Assembly (NCBI GenBank): GCA_937884195.1
Contig: CALGDN010000140.1
Location: 1-26,720, forward strand
Direction: 5' to 3'
Source: an uncultured bacterium
Lineage (GTDB): Bacteria > Omnitrophota > Gorgyraeia > Gorgyraeales > Gorgyraeaceae
Length of the DNA: 26,720 bases
Under the pieces are notes generated by a model, which was not told the origin of the DNA, ran no database searches, and saw only the letters and a list, made by a program, of their open reading frames with translations. How positions within the stretch are numbered: the first letter of the stretch is position 1; the number at the start of each line of letters is the position of its first letter. Below are positions 23,366 to 26,720 of this stretch, in pieces. The position numbers were made by a program, and so were the translations under genes.

Positions 23366-25093
23366 ATGAAAATTATACCTATATTCATCCCTCATGCGGG
23401 GTGTCCATATAAGTGTATTTATTGTGATCAGCATAAGATCTCCGGCGCACTAAAAATGCCGACACTCAAGGAAATAGAGTTTGTTATCAAACGGAATCTG
23501 AAGACCATCTCCGAGGATGAGGAGATTGAAGTTGCGTTTTTTGGAGGCACGTTTACGTCTTTGCCGGATAGGCTGCAGGAGCGATACCTGAACGCGGTTT
23601 ATACGTATCTAAAGAAAGACGCTATACAGGGTATTCGCATGTCTACGCATCCTGAGGCGGTTTCTCTAAAGGCAATGAAACTATTTAAGAAAAAAGGCGG
23701 GGGACTTGTGGAATTGGGCATACAGTCGCTTGATAAAGATGTCCTCAGGAAAATAAAAAGAGAAGTCGATTTTAAGGCAGTGAAAGATGCGGTAGCGCTG
23801 ATCAAGGAGGCTGGTCTTAAATTAGGCGTTCAGGTGATGCTGGGTTTGCCGGGGGATACACTTGAAAGGTCGATTTGCACTGCAGAGAAACTTATAAGAT
23901 TCAAACCCGAGACTGCACGGATCTATCCAACGCTTGTCATCAAAGGTACGGAGATAGCCAGGCAATATAAAAAGGGGCGGTATAGACCGCTTAGCATGGA
24001 AAAGGCAATAGAACAGGCAGCCAGGATAAGCGATATCTTTGAGGCCGCCGGCGTAAAGGTTATCAGGATAGGCCTTCACCCGTCTAAAGACTTGGATTCC
24101 AAAACGGTGATGCTCTCAGGACCTTTCCATCCGGCATTCGGCGAGATGGTAAGGGCAAGACAGATGCGAAACAGAATAATCAAATTAGTTAAAAATAGAT
24201 TTATTGCGAATCGGTCCTGCATAGAAATTCATATGCCGGGAGAAATGTTTAGTCTTGTCTCAGGACATAAAGGAGAAGAGAAGAAATTTTTGGAAGGATA
24301 TTTTGGCGTGCCTGTTTTTTTGCGTGAAGAATATTGTCCTCGACATAATAGTAAAATAAGAGACGTACAAAAAGATATAGCCATTATAGATCCTCGCATG
24401 CCTAAAAAGGCAAAGGAGAAGCTGAAAAGGTTAAATTTTCATATTGTAGAAGTGCCGCTGCATAAAAAACTTGCAAAGCCGGTAAGAGGCCATGTGGATA
24501 TGATGCTTTTTAAGTATGCTGACAGGGTAATCTATGAGCCTTGCTTGGAGGATATTGCCGGGCTTTTGCGGTTGAACGGATATAATTGCATTAAAGGCGA
24601 AGCCATAATATCGCCTGATTATCCAAAGGATATAATTTACAATGCCTGCGCAATAGATAGCTGCATAATTCATTACAAGGGTAAGGTCGTAAAAGATATT
24701 AAAGGGCTGAAGGCAAGGCATATCCTTATTAGACAGGGCTATGCGAGATGTTCTATTATTCCTATAGATAAGAGGCATATTGTCACTTTCGATAAAAATA
24801 TTAAAGCGGCATGGGAGAAGAATGGGGGAGAGGCGCTTCTTGTAAGAGAGGGTTATGTAAGATTGCCTGGATACAAGGCAGGATTTATAGGCGGGGCAAG
24901 CGGCGTAGATGGAAGACGGGTATTTTTTGTAGGCAGATTGAATACTCATCCCGATGGCCCTGATATAAGGGATTTTATCAATGGGTTAGGTAAGGACATA
25001 ATAGAGCTATATGACGGGCCTTTGTATGATGTTGGAACCGTATGTTTCTTCAGGGCCGGACCCCGGCAAGGCCTGATAAAGGTTTCACCTTGA
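23366..25093 (+). CDS. Elp3-like (COG1243-type) radical SAM protein fused to a C-terminal DUF6873-like domain
   Basis: N-terminus IPIFIPHAGCPYKCIYCDQ, FFGGTFT, VELGIQS, GVQVMLGLPGD, RIYPTLVIKGT, GPFHPAFGE. C-terminus IIDPRM, GHVDM, YPKDIIYNA, QGYARCS, GFIGGASG, LYDVGT. Single frame, 575 aa. Confidence 0.8.
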   Translation: MKIIPIFIPHAGCPYKCIYCDQHKISGALKMPTLKEIEFVIKRNLKTISEDEEIEVAFFGGTFTSLPDRLQERYLNAVYTYLKKDAIQGIRMSTHPEAVSLKAMKLFKKKGGGLVELGIQSLDKDVLRKIKREVDFKAVKDAVALIKEAGLKLGVQVMLGLPGDTLERSICTAEKLIRFKPETARIYPTLVIKGTEIARQYKKGRYRPLSMEKAIEQAARISDIFEAAGVKVIRIGLHPSKDLDSKTVMLSGPFHPAFGEMVRARQMRNRIIKLVKNRFIANRSCIEIHMPGEMFSLVSGHKGEEKKFLEGYFGVPVFLREEYCPRHNSKIRDVQKDIAIIDPRMPKKAKEKLKRLNFHIVEVPLHKKLAKPVRGHVDMMLFKYADRVIYEPCLEDIAGLLRLNGYNCIKGEAIISPDYPKDIIYNACAIDSCIIHYKGKVVKDIKGLKARHILIRQGYARCSIIPIDKRHIVTFDKNIKAAWEKNGGEALLVREGYVRLPGYKAGFIGGASGVDGRRVFFVGRLNTHPDGPDIRDFINGLGKDIIELYDGPLYDVGTVCFFRAGPRQGLIKVSP

Positions 25094-25118
25094 TAATGCA
25101 GAAGAGAGGTGTTATACT
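25090..25118 (+). promoter_or_regulatory. Sigma70-type promoter for the DHS-like/agmatinase genes
   Basis: TTGATA (25090-25095), N17, TATACT (25113-25118), with extended TG. Confidence 0.55.
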
Positions 25119-25127
25119 GAGGTCGTT

Positions 25128-26099
25128 ATGGGCGATATTAAAGATTTTATAAAGAGGAATTTCAGACACTTTAATGCAGCAACGGTGCTGGATGCGGCTC
25201 AAGGCTGGGTGGGATATCTTAAGAAGGGCAATAAGATGTTTCTTGCTATGGCAGGGGCGTTAAGTACAGGCGAGATAGGCATTTCTTTAAGTGAAATGAT
25301 AAGGCGGGATAAGGTTCACGGGATCTCCTGTACGGCTGCAAATCTCGAAGAGGATATATTTAATCTAGTCGCCCATACCCACTATAAAAGGGTGGCAGAT
25401 TACAGGGATCTTTCGCCGCAGGACGAGCTGGAGCTTAAGGATAGACACCTTAACCGTGTTACAGATACATGTATCCCGGAGGAGGAAGCTATAAGGAGAG
25501 TCGCCCATAGACTTTATCCTTTATGGGAGGAAGCAGATAGGGCCGGAAAGAGATTTTTTCCGCACGAATACTTTTATCAGCTTATACGAAGGGGTGCATT
25601 AAAGGAATTTTATGAGATTGACCCGAGAGATAGCTGGGTAATAGCTGCCTGCGAAAAGGATATACCTATATTTACGCCCGGATGGGAGGATTCTACCTTG
25701 GCTAATGGGGTGGTTGCAGAGTATAAGTCAGGCCGTTTTACAGGCCTTGATTTTATAAAGAGCGGTCTGGAACAGATGAGTTTTCTTATTGACTGGTATC
25801 TGGAGAATACAAGGGATAAGACAATGGGATTTTTCCAGATAGGCGGCGGTATAGCGGGAGATTTCCCGATATGTGTAGTCCCCTTAATAAGACAGGACCT
25901 GGGGGAAGATTGTAAGCTCTGGGGGTATTTTTGTCAGATCAGTGATTGTACGACCTCGTATGGTTCTTACAGCGGCGCCGTACCAAACGAAAAGATTACC
26001 TGGGAAAAACTTAGTATTGATACGCCGAGGTTTATGATTGAATCAGACGCCAGCATTGTAGCGCCGCTTATATTCCAGTATGTCTTAGAAAGTGATTGA
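25128..26099 (+). CDS. Deoxyhypusine synthase-family protein (bacterial, polyamine aminobutyltransferase-like)
   Basis: FRHFNAA, MAGALSTGE, CTAANLEED, RVTDTCIPEEE, GGGIAGDFPIC, SYSGAVPNEKITWEK, ESDASIVAPL. Confidence 0.9.
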   Translation: MGDIKDFIKRNFRHFNAATVLDAAQGWVGYLKKGNKMFLAMAGALSTGEIGISLSEMIRRDKVHGISCTAANLEEDIFNLVAHTHYKRVADYRDLSPQDELELKDRHLNRVTDTCIPEEEAIRRVAHRLYPLWEEADRAGKRFFPHEYFYQLIRRGALKEFYEIDPRDSWVIAACEKDIPIFTPGWEDSTLANGVVAEYKSGRFTGLDFIKSGLEQMSFLIDWYLENTRDKTMGFFQIGGGIAGDFPICVVPLIRQDLGEDCKLWGYFCQISDCTTSYGSYSGAVPNEKITWEKLSIDTPRFMIESDASIVAPLIFQYVLESD

Positions 26100-26164
26100 T
26101 TCTCGAACCGGCAGGATCCTCTCCGGGTTTGTCGAGAACCAGATCTTATCCCGCTCGAACAATA
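26100..26164. repeat. REP-like hairpin between the DHS-like gene and agmatinase
   Basis: TTCTCGA(26100-26106)/TCGAGAA(26132-26138) stem followed by CGCTCGAACAATA. Resembles 23042-23092. Confidence 0.45.
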
Positions 26165-26166
26165 TT

Positions 26167-26534
26167 ATGAGATTATCATTCGGTGGTTCTGATAATAAAC
26201 TGACCCCCTTTGATAAGGCAAGGGTTGTTGTTTTGCCTGTTCCCTATGGGAAGACTGTTACCTATAGAAAGGGGACAGAGAAAGGCCCTGAGGCAATATT
26301 AAAGGCATCAGGCAATATAGAGCTTTTTGACGAAGAATTGGGGATAGAGAGCTATACAATAGGCATCAATACCCAGCCTTCGCTTGATGTAAATGGACTT
26401 GACTCAGAAGGGATGATCGATGCTGTAGAACAAAAGGTTTCCGATATATGCAATGTAAATAAGATGCCCGTTATAATAGGCGGAGAACATTCAGTTTCAA
26501 TCGGGGCTGTCAAGGCTGTGAAAAGACAGTATAA
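26167..26534 (+). CDS. speB: Agmatinase (ureohydrolase family), N-terminal part only; truncated by adapter
   Basis: VVVLPVPYGKTVTYRKGTEKGPEAIL, ELFDEEL, IGGEHSVS. The sequence switches to adapter at 26535. Confidence 0.85.
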
Positions 26535-26720
26535 ATCGGAAGAGCACACGTCTGAACTCCAGTCACACTGATATATCTCGTATGCCGTCTTCTGCTTGAA
26601 AAAAAAAAAAAAGAACACAAACACATCTCCCCCCTCGATACGCGACAGCTCCATCTATACTCCACACAATGCCTCTGTACTCACCGCTCACGTCATCTAT
26701 ACCCCCACTGTCCTATACAC
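26535..26720 (+). other. Illumina TruSeq adapter read-through, poly-A and low-quality tail (technical artefact)
   Basis: ATCGGAAGAGCACACGTCTGAACTCCAGTCAC-ACTGATAT-ATCTCGTATGCCGTCTTCTGCTTG (26535-26598), A14, then A/C-rich noise. Confidence 0.99.

Noticed and set aside
26352-26654. 100-aa minus-strand ORF and the C-terminal SEEHTSELQSH of ORF 26092-26571
   Set aside because: Translations of the Illumina adapter and poly-A tail.
1-26720. CRISPR array, rRNA, tRNA or prophage genes
   Set aside because: No regularly spaced direct repeats, cloverleaf motifs, rRNA signatures or phage hallmark proteins were seen.

Overview
26.7-kb bacterial window, most likely the end of a metagenome-assembled contig; gene style is reminiscent of Ca. 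Omnitrophota, which is inference only. It carries mostly housekeeping and carbohydrate/redox genes: PfkB kinase, two nitroreductases, APC permease-PTS EIIA fusion, Ski2/HelY-like helicase, GH94 phosphorylase, LemA-TPM-nucleotidyltransferase cluster, secreted retropepsin, SplB-like radical SAM operon, PAS/HD-GYP, short pyruvate kinase, class II FBP aldolase, radical SAM-DUF6873-like fusion, deoxyhypusine-synthase-like protein and agmatinase. There is one complete IS256-family element (2004-3329, 8-bp TSD). The most unusual items are: (i) a >=628-aa minus-strand ORF missed by the ORF track (1886 to the left edge) that fuses a signal peptide, a nucleotidyltransferase-like domain and two PRPP-synthetase N-terminal domains; (ii) three 160-304-bp intergenic fold-back elements (5700-5977, 9861-10019, 15394-15697), two of which share a conserved ~110-nt core inside unrelated arms, plus smaller REP-like hairpins, one of them translated in frame inside pfkB; (iii) a radical SAM/DUF6873-like fusion. 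The last ~185 bp are Illumina TruSeq adapter read-through and junk that truncate the agmatinase.
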